64,000 nt of DNA from an uncultured delta proteobacterium. Its GTDB lineage: Bacteria > Myxococcota_A > Polyangia > Palsa-1104. Within the stretch, counting starts at the first letter, position 1; each line of letters starts with the position of its first letter. This document shows, in pieces, positions 43,394-55,118 of this stretch. The notes below the pieces were generated by a model. It made no database searches, was not told where the DNA came from, and saw only the letters and a program-made list of their open reading frames with translations. The position numbers and the translations under genes are program-made. Location of the stretch: assembly GCA_963785725.1 (NCBI GenBank), contig CAWAWS010000047.1:32001-96000 (forward strand), in the 5' to 3' direction.

Positions 43394-44065
43394 GCGCGAG
43401 CCAAGGCCAAGTCGAGCGGCAGCCGCAGCAACGGCAGCCGTGGCAAGACGTCTGGCAACGGCAAGGGCGGCACGCCCGAGGCCGGCAAGCGCGAGCGCAT
43501 CCTCGACGCCGCCGTCAAAGTATTCGCCGCCGAAGGGTTCTACAACGCCAAAGTCTCGCAGATCGCGCAGGCGGCCGGCGTCGCCGACGGCACGATCTAC
43601 TTGTACTTCAAGTCCAAAGACGATCTGTTGATTCAGCTGTTCGAAGATCGCATGGAGCGCGTCAACTCGACGCTGCGCGAGGCGCTGGCGACGAATGATT
43701 CGGCCGCCGTGCGCCTGAAACGCGTGGTGCGCTTGCACCTCGAGCTGGTGGAAGCGAACCGCGACATGGCCGAGGTCATCTCGGTCGAATTGCGCCAGTC
43801 GTCGAAGTTCATTCGCGAATACGCCAACCCGAAGTTCGCCGAGTTCTTGCGCACCATCGCCGGCGCCGTCGTCGAAGGGCAGCGCGCGGGCGAATTGCGC
43901 TCGGACATCGACCCGTACATCTTCGCGCGCAGCCTGTTCGGCGCGCTCGACGAGATCGCGGTCGCCTGGCTTGTCAAACATCCCGGTTCCAAGGCTAGTA
44001 TCGACTTGCCGCGCGCTGCCGAGCACGTCGGCAACTTATTCATCGACGGGCTGCGCGCCCGTTAA
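43379..44065 (+). CDS. TetR family regulator, FadR/YsiA-like
   Basis: ILDAAVKVFAAEGFYNAKVSQIAQAAGVADGTIYLYFKSKDDLL, ELRQS, FGALDE; upstream of etfBA. Confidence 0.9.
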   Translation: MNNHSARAKAKSSGSRSNGSRGKTSGNGKGGTPEAGKRERILDAAVKVFAAEGFYNAKVSQIAQAAGVADGTIYLYFKSKDDLLIQLFEDRMERVNSTLREALATNDSAAVRLKRVVRLHLELVEANRDMAEVISVELRQSSKFIREYANPKFAEFLRTIAGAVVEGQRAGELRSDIDPYIFARSLFGALDEIAVAWLVKHPGSKASIDLPRAAEHVGNLFIDGLRAR

Positions 44066-44098
44066 ACGTCACCCGCCACTGCAACAAAGGAGACGATC

Positions 44099-44919
44099 GT
44101 GAAGATCCTCGTCACCGCCAAACGCGTTCCCGATCCCGAGCAGAAGATCAAGCTCAAGGGCAACGAGCTCGATCAGTCCGCGGTCAACTGGCAGCTCAAC
44201 CAGTTCGACGAGTACGCCGTCGAGACCGCGCTCCGACTGACGGAGAACGCGTCGGCCGGCGGCGCGCGCGACGGCGAAGTCATCGTCGCGTCGATCGGTC
44301 CCAAGGACGTGCAGCAGCAGCTGCGCTCGACGCTGGCCATGGGCGCGGACAAGGCCGTGCTCATCGCCGGCGACGACAACGAGCTCGACGCCGACATCGT
44401 GGCGCAGACGATCAAGAAGCTGGCCGAGCGCGACAAGCCGGACTTGATCCTCATGGGCAAGCTCGCCGCCGACTCGGAAGCGAACGACGCCGGTCAGCGC
44501 TTGGCCGGTCTGCTCGGCTGGCCGCAGGCGACGTTCGCGGGCACGATCGAAGTGACCGACGGCGGCAAGGCGCTGCTCGTCGGCCGCGAGGTCGACGCCG
44601 GCAACGAGATCAAGAAGGTGACGCTGCCGGCCGTGGTCACGGTCGACCTGCGCATCGTGGCGCCGACGGCGATCAAGAACGGCAAGACGGCGGCGACGCA
44701 CGCTTACGCCGAAGGGCCGCGCTACGCGTCGCTGAAGGGCATCATGGCGGCGAAGAAGAAGCCGATCGAGGAGACGACCTTGGCGGCGCTCGGCGTCACG
44801 ACGGCGAAGAAGGTCAAGACGATCGCGCTCGAGGCGCCGCCGGCGCGCAAAGCCGGCGTCAAGGTGGCCTCGGTCGAAGAGCTCGTGCAGAAGCTCCACA
44901 ACGAAGCGAAGGTGATCTG

Positions 44920-44920
<1 letters not shown>
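44099..44920 (+). CDS. etfB: Electron transfer flavoprotein beta subunit
   Basis: [48 protein letters not shown]. Confidence 0.95.
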
Positions 44921-45893
<973 letters not shown>

Positions 45894-45907
45894 CGTAAGC
45901 TCTGCCG

Positions 45908-46696
45908 ATGCGGCGGCTGCGCATCGGCGATCCTCCGAACCAACGTAGTCTCCGTGTCCGCGACGAGGGCGAGTCGAACCGGCCCGCCCTCGTTTGCGTC
46001 CACGGCGCCGGCTCCTCCTCGGTCATGTTCATGGATGTCGTGCGCCGGCTGTCGCCGCAGCGCCGCGTGGTCGCGCCCGATCTGCCGGGCCACGGCCAGT
46101 CGGATCCGTGGCATCCGCCGTCGGAAGTCTCCATCGACATGTACCGCGACGCCGTCGGCACCGTCTGCGCCGAGCTGCAGATCGCGCGCGCCGTGCTGCT
46201 CGGCCATTCGATGGGCGCGCTCGTCGCCCTGGCGGCGGCGGCGGCGTGGCCCGAGCGCGTCGCCGGGCTCGTGCTCGTCAACTCGGGCGCGAGCATCAAA
46301 GTCGCGCCCGAAGTGTTCACGCGCATCGAGTCGGATTTTCCGCGCTTCGGCAAGTGGTTCTCGCGGCTGGTGTGGTCGCCGACGACGCCGCTCGACACCA
46401 TCGAGCGCTGGGGCGCCGTCGCGCTCACGGCCGACCAAGCGACGACCGAGGCCGACTTCCGCGCCGTCGCGCGCTTCGACGCCACTGCCCTGCTCGACCG
46501 CATCCAAGCGCCGACGCTCGTGTTGGGCGGTGCGGACGATCGGTCGACGCCGCCCAAGCTGAGCCAGACCTTGGCGGCGGGAATTACGGGGGCGCGGGCG
46601 ATCATCGTGCCCAACGCCGGGCATATGTTGGCGCAAGAGCAGCCCGACATCTTCTTCGCCGAGCTGGAGACGTTCCTCGCGGCGTCGTCCAGCTGA
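45908..46696 (+). CDS. Alpha/beta fold hydrolase
   Basis: HGAG, DLPGHGQS, GHSMG, AGHM. Confidence 0.9.
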   Translation: MRRLRIGDPPNQRSLRVRDEGESNRPALVCVHGAGSSSVMFMDVVRRLSPQRRVVAPDLPGHGQSDPWHPPSEVSIDMYRDAVGTVCAELQIARAVLLGHSMGALVALAAAAAWPERVAGLVLVNSGASIKVAPEVFTRIESDFPRFGKWFSRLVWSPTTPLDTIERWGAVALTADQATTEADFRAVARFDATALLDRIQAPTLVLGGADDRSTPPKLSQTLAAGITGARAIIVPNAGHMLAQEQPDIFFAELETFLAASSS

Positions 46697-46807
46697 GCCG
46701 CCCGCGCACACCGGCACACCTTCATCCGCGCCTCTTTTGCGCGTTTAGTGCACCCAACGCGATAGCGAATTTTCGTAGACCGCGATACGATACGGCGGTC
46801 CCGCGCT

Positions 46808-48613
46808 ATGACGACGCGACGTAAGCCAACGCTGGGCTGGGTCGCCGCGGTGGGCGCATTGGCGCTCGCGCTCGGCTGGTGTGTCGTGTGCCCTTGGCTC
46901 ACGGCGCTCTCCTTGGCGCACGCGACGGCGCTGGTGCCCATCGAAGGCGCGGGCGCGCTCGTGGTCGGCCTGGCCGGCTGGCGCGCGGCGCGGGCGTCGT
47001 CGACGTTGGGGCCGCGCGGCGCCGTTCGCTTGGGCGGCGTCATGGCGCTGGTCGGCGCCGGCGCGTCGCTGGTGACGGCGTTGGCGCTCTTGAAGCCGCT
47101 CGGCCCCTCGGCCGCGGTCGCGCTCGCGCTCGCCGACGGCGGCTGGACCATCTGCGTCGCGCTCACCGTCATGTTGGTGGCGATGTGGCGCATCGGCCGC
47201 AAGCGCGGCGACGAGTCGGTCGGTCGCGCCGTGTCGCTGCGCTCGCTCTTGGCCGGCGCGTCGGGCCTGTTGGCGACCGCGGCGTGGGCGCTGGCGTCCG
47301 GCCACGTGCTCGGACAGCTGCACGCCGACGCCGATCGCCACGCCCTCGACGAGGCGCGCGACCTCGTCGCCATCGTCGCCGAGCGCGCGCTCATCTCCGA
47401 CGAGCTCGACGACATCGCGCCCACGCTCGCGCCCGCCGGCGGCTACTTGGTCTCGCTCGACGACGCCGGCCGCGTGCTCGACGGCGTCGGCGTCGGGGTG
47501 CCCGCCGGCGCCGAAGTCTTGCTGGCCGGCCGCGACGCCTGCCGCATCGGACCGCGCATCCTGCCCTGCGCCGTGCGCCGCCTCGTCGACGGCACCATCG
47601 TCGCCGCCGCCGTTCCCGCAGTGCCGCTCGCCCGCGGCGTCGTCCTCGGCTTCGCGCTCGCCGGCCTCTTCGTCGCCCTGACCGCGCTCGGCATCGGCGG
47701 GCTCATCGGCGCCGGCACGGCCCGCGATCTCTCCCGCGTGGCGCAGACGCTCGACGAGCTCGGCCGCAACGCGCGCGGCCTCGATCGCCTCGTCGTCGCG
47801 CTGACGCATGACGAAGTCGGCGAGCTGGCGACCGCGCTCGGACAGCTGCGCGCGCGCTTGGCGCCGGGGCTCGCCGAATACCAAGCGGCGCTAGAGAAAG
47901 CGCAGGCCGCCGATCAAGCGCGCACCGAGTTTTTGACGCTGGTCTCGGCGGAGCTGCGCACGCCGCTCGATCGCATCTTGGCCGGCGCGCGCACCTTGCT
48001 CGATCCCGCCGCCGAGCCGCTCTCGGACGAGCAAAAAGAGGACGTGCGCATCGTGCTCACGTCGACGACGCACTTGGTCGATCTCATCGACGAGGTGCTC
48101 GATATCTCGGCGATCGCGACCGGACAGGTGCAGCTCAAGCTCGGGCAGGTCGATCTCGGACAGCTGGTGGCCGACGTCGCCAAAGCGCAGCGACCGCTGG
48201 TGCAGCAAAAGGGCGTCGAGATCAAGATCGACATCGACACGCCGTCACCCGATGCGCGCGCCGACGAACGGCGGCTGCGCCAAGTCGTCACCAACATCAT
48301 CTCCAACGCCGTCAAGTTCACAGAGAAGGGCTCGATCGAAATTGGCGTGCATCGCGAGTCGGACCGCGTCGTCATCAGCGTCAAAGACACGGGGCCGGGA
48401 ATCGCCGACGAGCAGCTGCCCAAGCTGTTCTCGGAGTTCGTGCAGCTGGGCTCGTTGAAGCAGCGCGCGCGCGGCACCGGGCTCGGCCTCGCCATCTGCA
48501 AACGGCTCGTCGAAGCGCACGGCGGGCAGGTCGCGGCCGAATCCAAAGTCGGCGTCGGCTCCATCTTTCGCGTCATCTTGCCGGCGCGCGGACCGGACGT
48601 GTCGCGCGCATGA
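46808..48613 (+). CDS. Membrane HAMP-HisKA-HATPase protein lacking the phosphoacceptor His (His-less kinase subunit)
   Basis: H-box SAELRTPL (GCG at 47948-47950); intact N (NIISNAVKFT), G1 (DTGPGI), F (LFSEF) and G2 (GTGLGL) boxes. Confidence 0.88.
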   Translation: MTTRRKPTLGWVAAVGALALALGWCVVCPWLTALSLAHATALVPIEGAGALVVGLAGWRAARASSTLGPRGAVRLGGVMALVGAGASLVTALALLKPLGPSAAVALALADGGWTICVALTVMLVAMWRIGRKRGDESVGRAVSLRSLLAGASGLLATAAWALASGHVLGQLHADADRHALDEARDLVAIVAERALISDELDDIAPTLAPAGGYLVSLDDAGRVLDGVGVGVPAGAEVLLAGRDACRIGPRILPCAVRRLVDGTIVAAAVPAVPLARGVVLGFALAGLFVALTALGIGGLIGAGTARDLSRVAQTLDELGRNARGLDRLVVALTHDEVGELATALGQLRARLAPGLAEYQAALEKAQAADQARTEFLTLVSAELRTPLDRILAGARTLLDPAAEPLSDEQKEDVRIVLTSTTHLVDLIDEVLDISAIATGQVQLKLGQVDLGQLVADVAKAQRPLVQQKGVEIKIDIDTPSPDARADERRLRQVVTNIISNAVKFTEKGSIEIGVHRESDRVVISVKDTGPGIADEQLPKLFSEFVQLGSLKQRARGTGLGLAICKRLVEAHGGQVAAESKVGVGSIFRVILPARGPDVSRA

Positions 48614-50494
48614 GCCCGGGAGCGACGATCGCAGCCCGCACCGCGATGACGGCGCGCGTGCGCATCTTGGCCGGCTGCATGGTGCTGGCGATCGGCGTGG
48701 CGTTCCTACTGCCGTCACTGTTTCAGTGGGTGCTGCATCTGTCGCCGAACGAAGCCGAATACACGCGGCGCGCGTTCTGGGCCGGCGTGCCGCTCGATCT
48801 GACGGCGCTGACGACGACGGTGTGGATCGGCCTGTCGGGCGTCGATCGCGCGCAGCCGGGCGACGAGCGCGCCCGCCGCCGCGTGTTGGCGCTGCCGTTC
48901 CGCTTGTCGCTGGTGACGGTCGTGTTCGGCATCGTGATGGCGCTGGGCGCGATGGCCTTCGATCAGTACAAGACGCAGACGCCCTTGCCGATCGCGTTCG
49001 GCTTGACGCTGTGCTCGTGCGCGATGATCGCGCTCGTCGCCGTGCCGCTCTTTGCCTTGACGCGCGCGGCGCTCGTGCCGTTGGCGCAGCGGTTGGCGAC
49101 GGAGTCGCCGCCGATGGGCCGGCCCTTGTCGCTGCGCGTGCAGCTCGGCTACACGGTGTTCGCCATCGCCACGGCCGCGGTCGTGCCGGCAGCGGTCTTC
49201 GGCATGGCGCAGCTCGAAGCCGCGGCCGCGACCGAAGCGCACGCGCGCGCCGAGAAGACCGCGTCGCGGCTGGCGGCGACCGCGCAAGAGCTCGACGTCG
49301 TGGCCGCGACGCGCCTCATGACGCGCACGCCGTTGTCGGGTCGCGAGCGCGTCATCTTGCGCGCGCCGTCGGGCTCGCTCATTCCCGACGACGCCGCCGA
49401 CGAAGTGTCGTGGATGCCGTATGTCGAGAAGCGACTCGGCGGCTCGCTGGCCGGCGGCGCGCTGCGGATCTATTACGCGCCGCGCCCGATCTCGCCGGTC
49501 GCGCTGATGTTGGTGACGCTCGGCCTCTTGCTGCTCGCGCTCGTCGTCGCCTCCACGATCGGCACCGCCGTCGCCAAAGACGCGCACGGCGTGGCCGAGC
49601 AGAATCGCGCGCGTCGCCGCCGGCGAAGAGCCGGAGCCGCTCGGCGCCGTCGCCACCGCCGAAGTGCGCCGCGTGACGATGGCCGTCAACCGCCTGCTCG
49701 AGCGCATCCCGCGCTTGACGGTCGAGTCCTTCTTGGCCGTCGAGCGCGCCGAAGAGGCTCGCCGTCTCAAAGCGCAGTTCTTGGCCAATATGAGCCACGA
49801 TTTGCGCTCGCCGCTGAACTCGATCTTGGGCTTCTCCGAGCTGCTCTTGCGCAACTTGGAAGGCGAGATTTCGCCCGGCCAGCGCGTCGTCTTGGCGGCG
49901 GTGCACGCGACCGGTCTCAACTTGTTGCGATTGCTGACCGAGATCTTGGACACGGCGAAAGTCGAGAGCGGCAAGATGGAGCTGCATCGCCAGTCGACGC
50001 CGCCGGCCGAGCTGCTCACGCAGGCGCTGCAAGAGGCGCGGCGCGGTCGCGCGCAGGCCGCCACCGACAAGCTCGTCGTCGAGCTGCAGCCGGGAATGGG
50101 CCCGATTTACGTCGATCCGCTGCGCATGGTGCAGGCGATTACCCATCTCGTGAACTACGCGCTCGACGCGGCCGATGGCGGACGCGCCATGTTGCAAGCG
50201 AGCGAAGGCGAGATGGCGGAGTCGCGCGTGCTCCTGCTCGACATCGAGCACGACGGCGTCCTCGAAGATCACGAGCGCCGCGAGGTGTTCGACGGCTTCC
50301 GGCGCATCGCCGGCAAACAGGGTCTGAATCTGGCGCTGCCGCTGGCCAAGCGCATCCTCGAGCTGCACGGCGGCCAATTGGACCTCGTCAACGCCGGCCA
50401 ATCGGGGCAGCGGCCGCGCTTTCGCGCCGTGGTGCCGATCGGCGTCCGCCGCGAAAAAGCCACGCCCACCCGCGGCGTTCCCCGCATTCCGTAG
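48610..50494 (+). CDS. Membrane HAMP-HisKA protein with intact His and degenerate HATPase domain; one +1 frameshift near 49603
   Basis: MSHDLRSPLNSILGFS; N box HLVNYALDA, no DxGxG, G2 GLNLAL. Confidence 0.85.
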
Positions 50495-50563
50495 CTCATT
50501 TTGACGAATCCATAAATCGCGCGTAACGGAAGCTTGCGTAGGCGTAGCGACCAAATTGTCCTG

Positions 50564-50572
50564 TGATATAAT
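50564..50572 (+). promoter_or_regulatory. Extended -10 promoter element upstream of moxR
   Basis: TGATATAAT. Confidence 0.55.
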
Positions 50573-50587
50573 GACTCGCGAATCTCT

Positions 50588-51577
50588 ATGACCGTCTCAC
50601 CAGTTCCACTCGAGCCACCCGAACGGCCGCGCGATGCCCGCGCCGCGCTCTCACGACTAGAAACGGCCGTCGCGCGCGTCATTCACGGCAAAGGCGCGGT
50701 CGTGCGCATGGCCATCAGCGCGCTGGCGGCGCGCGGCCACGTGCTCATCGAAGACGTGCCCGGTGTCGGCAAGACCACGCTCGCTCGCGCCTTGGCGCGC
50801 GCCATCGGCGGCACGTTCCGCCGCATTCAGTTCACGTCCGATCTATTGCCGTCGGACATCCTCGGCGTCACCATCTTCAACCAAGAGTCGGGCCGCTTCG
50901 AGTTTCGCCGCGGTCCCATCTTCGCCAACGTCGTGCTCGCGGACGAGATCAACCGCACGACGCCGCGCACGCAGTCGTCGCTGCTCGAAGCCATGAGCGA
51001 AGGCCGCGTCTCGCTCGACAACTTCACGCACGAGCTCGATCAGCCGTTCATCGTCCTGGCGACGCAGAACCCGCTCGAGCACTTCGGCACCTATCCCTTG
51101 CCCGAGTCGCAGATGGATCGTTTCCTGTTGCGCTTGCGCATGGGCTATCCGTCGCCGGCCGACGAACGGCGCGTGGTCACCTCGGCGCAGCTCGAAGATC
51201 CGGTGGAGAGCCTGCAGCCGGTCGTCGACGCCACCGACATCGCGGCGATTCAGCACGCGGCGGCGCGCGTGCGCGTCGAAGATGCGCTCGTCGATTACGG
51301 CCAGCGCGTCGTCAGCGCCACGCGCGAGTCGCCGTTCTTGGCGCTCGGCGTGTCACCGCGCGGCTTTCAAGGCTGGTATCGCGTCGCCAAGTCGCGCGCG
51401 CTCATCGGCGGTCGCGACTTCGCCGTGCCCGACGACTTCAAAGAGACCGCGCTGCCGGCGCTCGCGCATCGCCTGGTGCTGTCGGGTGGCGGCGCCGGCG
51501 AGCCGCTCGGCCGCGCGCGTGAAGAGGCGGAGCGCGTCCTGACCAATCTCCTCGAGCGCATCCCGGTTCCCGCGTAG
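50588..51577 (+). CDS. moxR: MoxR family AAA+ ATPase
   Basis: EDVPGVGKT, RIQFTSDLLPSD, LADEINR, ATQNP, PLPESQMDRF. Confidence 0.95.
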   Translation: MTVSPVPLEPPERPRDARAALSRLETAVARVIHGKGAVVRMAISALAARGHVLIEDVPGVGKTTLARALARAIGGTFRRIQFTSDLLPSDILGVTIFNQESGRFEFRRGPIFANVVLADEINRTTPRTQSSLLEAMSEGRVSLDNFTHELDQPFIVLATQNPLEHFGTYPLPESQMDRFLLRLRMGYPSPADERRVVTSAQLEDPVESLQPVVDATDIAAIQHAAARVRVEDALVDYGQRVVSATRESPFLALGVSPRGFQGWYRVAKSRALIGGRDFAVPDDFKETALPALAHRLVLSGGGAGEPLGRAREEAERVLTNLLERIPVPA

Positions 51578-51583
51578 GCGAAG

Positions 51584-52711
51584 ATGCCGCGCCGCCGTAG
51601 CAATTGGGAGCGCGCCGCCGGTTGGATGCGCGTCGCCGCGTGGCGCTTTGGCCGCCGCCTGCGCAAGTGGTGGAAACCGCCGCGGCGCCTGCAGTTCACG
51701 CGCGAGGGCAAGTACTTCGTCGGCATCACCATCGGCGTCGGCTTCGCGGCCATCAACACCGGCAACAACCTGCTCTACCTCCTGCTCGGCATGATGCTGT
51801 CGCTCATCATTGCCTCCGGGATCATGAGCGAGCTGTCGCTGCGCGATCTGACGGTCACGCGCCAGCCGCCCTCGCGCATCCACGCGCGCCGGCCGTTTCT
51901 GATGGGCATCGGGCTCGCCAACGGCAAGAAGCGGCTGCCTTCGTTCTCGGTCGAGGTCGAGGATTTGGTCGGCGAGCGGCCGCTCGACAAGAAGTGTTAC
52001 TTCCTGAAGCTGCCCGCGGGACGACTGCAGCACACCTCCTATCGCCACACGTTTCCCCGCCGCGGCCGCTACACGTACTCGGGCTTTCGGCTGTCGACGA
52101 AGTTTCCCTTCGCGCTCTTTCGCAAGTCGCGCCTCGTCGATCGCGCGACCGAAGTCATCGTCTATCCGCAGCTGGCGCAGCTCGGTCACGCACAAGCGCC
52201 GCGCGCGCGCGTCGCCGGCCTGGAAGCGCAGAACCGGCGCGGCCGACAGGGCGAATTCCACGGCCTGCGCGAGTTTCGCGACGGCGACGATCCGCGCGAC
52301 ATTCACTGGCGCTCGACGGCGAAGGTCGGTCGCACGCTCGTCCGCGAGCACGAGGAGGAGGCCGCGCGTCGCGTCACGATCTACCTCGACAACGCGCTGC
52401 CCGAAGGCGAGCTGTGTCCCGACGAGCTGGCCAAAGACGGCCTCGAGCGCGCCATTTCGCTTGCCGCGTCGCTCGCCGCCGACTATCTCGAGCGCGGTTA
52501 TGCCGTGCGCGTCGTGACGCGCGGCGATGCCGTGCCGCCGTGGCTGCAAGGCCCGCCGCAGCTCGTGCGCCTATTGAAGACGCTGGCGCTGTTGCCGACG
52601 GCGACACCGGAGCAGCCGTTTCCGCCCGTCGGTGACGCCAGCGCCGAGCCGATCTTGATCGTGCGCAAAGGCGGACCGCGCGCGGCCTTCACGCGGGTGA
52701 TCGAAGCGTGA
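51584..52711 (+). CDS. DUF58 domain protein
   Basis: AAINTGNNLLY, EFHGLREFRDGDDPRDIHWRSTAK, LVREHE. Confidence 0.92.
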   Translation: MPRRRSNWERAAGWMRVAAWRFGRRLRKWWKPPRRLQFTREGKYFVGITIGVGFAAINTGNNLLYLLLGMMLSLIIASGIMSELSLRDLTVTRQPPSRIHARRPFLMGIGLANGKKRLPSFSVEVEDLVGERPLDKKCYFLKLPAGRLQHTSYRHTFPRRGRYTYSGFRLSTKFPFALFRKSRLVDRATEVIVYPQLAQLGHAQAPRARVAGLEAQNRRGRQGEFHGLREFRDGDDPRDIHWRSTAKVGRTLVREHEEEAARRVTIYLDNALPEGELCPDELAKDGLERAISLAASLAADYLERGYAVRVVTRGDAVPPWLQGPPQLVRLLKTLALLPTATPEQPFPPVGDASAEPILIVRKGGPRAAFTRVIEA

Positions 52712-52760
52712 GCGCGCAGGTTCGCGCCGCCAGCGCGCCGCTTGCGAGCGTGACCGGCGC

Positions 52761-54959
52761 ATGAGGTTCAGCGCCATCCACAAAGCGACGTCGTACCTCA
52801 TGGTCGCCGCCGCCTTCGCCACGCTCGCCCTGTCGCACGAGCTCTCGCCCGTCGTCGTCGGGCTGACGCTCGGGGCCGGCCTGCTCTCTTATCCGTTCGA
52901 GCCTGCGCGCCATCCGCGCTTGCGCGCCCGCGCCTGGACCGCCGGCTGGAACGCCGTCAGCCTCGCGGTCTTCGCGCTCACGCTCATCGACGCCATCCGC
53001 GGCGACGCCTTGCCCGCCGGCGTCCGCTTCTTGTGCTTTCTGCTCGTCAACAAGCTGTGGAACCGCAAGTCATCACGCGATTACTTGCAAGCCTACGTCG
53101 TCAGCTTCCTCATGCTCGTCGCCGGCGCCGCGCTCAACAACGAGCTCGCCTACGCCGGCTGCTTCTTGGCCTACGTCATCTTCGCCACCTGGACGCTCAC
53201 GCTCTTCCACTTGCGCCGCGAGATGGAAGAGAACTACCTCATCAAACATTCCGACGACGGCGCCGAACGCGTCGAGGTCGATCGCATCCTCAACTCGCGC
53301 CGCATCGTCGGCTGGTCGTTCCTCGGCGTGACCTCAATCGTCTCGGTCGGCGTCTTCGTTGGCGCGACGTTGGTGTTCTTCCTCATTCCGCGCTTCGGCT
53401 TCGGCTTCTTCGCCACGCACACGCGCCACGGCCAGATGACCGTCGGCTTCAGCGATCGCGTCGACCTGAACGGCTACGGCCTCGTCAAAGACAATCCGCA
53501 AGTCGTCATGCGCGTCGAGTTTCCGGGGCCGCTGCCGGCCGAGCCGCTGCGCTTCCGCGGCGTCGCGTTCGACAAGTACGAGAGAGGTCGCTGGACCCGC
53601 ACGTTGACCGCGCAATCGCCGATGCGTCGTTGGGGCGACCTCGCGTTCATCGGCGAGATGTCGCGTCATTTGAACGGGCCGCGCGTGCGCGACTTCTTGA
53701 GCCACGCGTTGGAGCAGCGCATCTACCTCAATCCGCTCGACACGGCCGTGCTCTTCGGCGCATCGCGGGCGGTGGCGTTCGAGATGCCCTCGGGCGGCGG
53801 TCTCGGCCCGGCGCCGGTCGTCGCCGAGCCGCGACCCGGCGACGAAGTCTATGCCGTCGAGCGCCGCTTCAACCGCGACGGCAACTACAGCTCCGTCGAG
53901 CGCCGCTCGGGCTTGCGCTACAGCGTCTACTCCGACGTGTCATCGCCCGACGAGCGCGTGTTGCGCCTCGCGCCCGACGCCGATCGCGAAGACGACGAGC
54001 TCGCGCCGTATCTCGCCTTGCCCGCCGATTTGCCGCCACGCGTCGCCGAGCTGGCGCGCCAGATCACCCGTGACGCGCACGGCCCGTGGCAAAAGGCGCG
54101 CGCCATCTCCGACTACCTCGCGCGCTATAAATACACGCTCGATCTCAAGCGCGACGAGCGCTACGAGCCGCTCGAAGACTTCCTGTTCGTGCAAAAGGCC
54201 GGTCACTGCGAATATTTCGCGTCGGCGCTGGCCGTGCTCTTGCGCGTCGTCGGCGTGCCGACGCGCTCCGTCAACGGCTTCTTGGGCGGCGAATGGAACA
54301 GCTACGGCCACTATCTCGCCGTCCGCCAAGGCGACGCGCACTCGTGGGTCGAAGTGTGGATCGACGGCGCCGGCTGGGTGACGATGGATCCGACGCCGCC
54401 CGGCGCCGCGCCCGCGAGCTCCGGCGGCGCGTGGAACGCCATGCGCCAGCTCGCCGACAACATGGAGCTGGCCTGGTTCAAGTACGTCATCGAGTACGAC
54501 CTCGGCAAGCAGGCCGACATCGTCAGCGGCGTGCGGCGCTGGGCGCAGCTCGCGTCCAAGCGCGACGCCGTCGACGCGGCGGTACGCCGCTATGCGGCGC
54601 CGCTCGTCGGCGCGGCCGCGGCGCTCTATGGTTTGTGGCTGCTCTTGGGCGTGTGGCGTCGCCGCCGGCTGCCGGCACAACGCATTCGGGGCGGCGCCGA
54701 GGCGCTGCACGCGTATGCGCGCGCGTTGAAAGCGCTCGAACGGCGCGGCTTTCAGCGCGGCGCGGGCGAGACCGGCCGCGAGCTCGCCGCGCGCGTCGAA
54801 CGCGCCGCCGATCCGGCCGCGGCGCCGTTCACCGAGCTCGTCGAGCTTTACTACGCCGCGCGCTTCGGCAACGTCCCGATCGCGACCGCCGAGCTCGAGC
54901 GGCTGGCGCATTCGGTGGCCGCCTCGCCGCCCGCACCAGAAGTCGCTGCCGCCGGCTGA
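52761..54959 (+). CDS. TgpA-like membrane transglutaminase (DUF3488, TGase, DUF4129)
   Basis: TM N-terminus; [22 protein letters not shown] triad; LYYAARFG tail. Confidence 0.92.
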   Translation: MRFSAIHKATSYLMVAAAFATLALSHELSPVVVGLTLGAGLLSYPFEPARHPRLRARAWTAGWNAVSLAVFALTLIDAIRGDALPAGVRFLCFLLVNKLWNRKSSRDYLQAYVVSFLMLVAGAALNNELAYAGCFLAYVIFATWTLTLFHLRREMEENYLIKHSDDGAERVEVDRILNSRRIVGWSFLGVTSIVSVGVFVGATLVFFLIPRFGFGFFATHTRHGQMTVGFSDRVDLNGYGLVKDNPQVVMRVEFPGPLPAEPLRFRGVAFDKYERGRWTRTLTAQSPMRRWGDLAFIGEMSRHLNGPRVRDFLSHALEQRIYLNPLDTAVLFGASRAVAFEMPSGGGLGPAPVVAEPRPGDEVYAVERRFNRDGNYSSVERRSGLRYSVYSDVSSPDERVLRLAPDADREDDELAPYLALPADLPPRVAELARQITRDAHGPWQKARAISDYLARYKYTLDLKRDERYEPLEDFLFVQKAGHCEYFASALAVLLRVVGVPTRSVNGFLGGEWNSYGHYLAVRQGDAHSWVEVWIDGAGWVTMDPTPPGAAPASSGGAWNAMRQLADNMELAWFKYVIEYDLGKQADIVSGVRRWAQLASKRDAVDAAVRRYAAPLVGAAAALYGLWLLLGVWRRRRLPAQRIRGGAEALHAYARALKALERRGFQRGAGETGRELAARVERAADPAAAPFTELVELYYAARFGNVPIATAELERLAHSVAASPPAPEVAAAG

Positions 54960-54970
54960 CCACCTCCGCT

Positions 54971-54999
54971 TTGACGTCGCGCTGCCGAGCCATTAAGGT
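54971..54999 (+). promoter_or_regulatory. Putative sigma70 promoter
   Basis: TTGACG-N17-TAAGGT. Confidence 0.5.
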
Positions 55000-55118
55000 G
55001 TTTGACACTTTGGCTCAACATGGCTTTCGCTCGTGACGCGATGACGTCCTATCGGCTCCGTGCCGGTCGCAACCCGCGGGAATCACACGCGGCATTCCGC
55101 TTGCACACCCGCGCCCCC

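Noticed and set aside
47948..47950. His-to-Ala in kinase A as a sequencing error
   Set aside because: GCG differs from CAC/CAT at three positions and the frame is intact on both sides.
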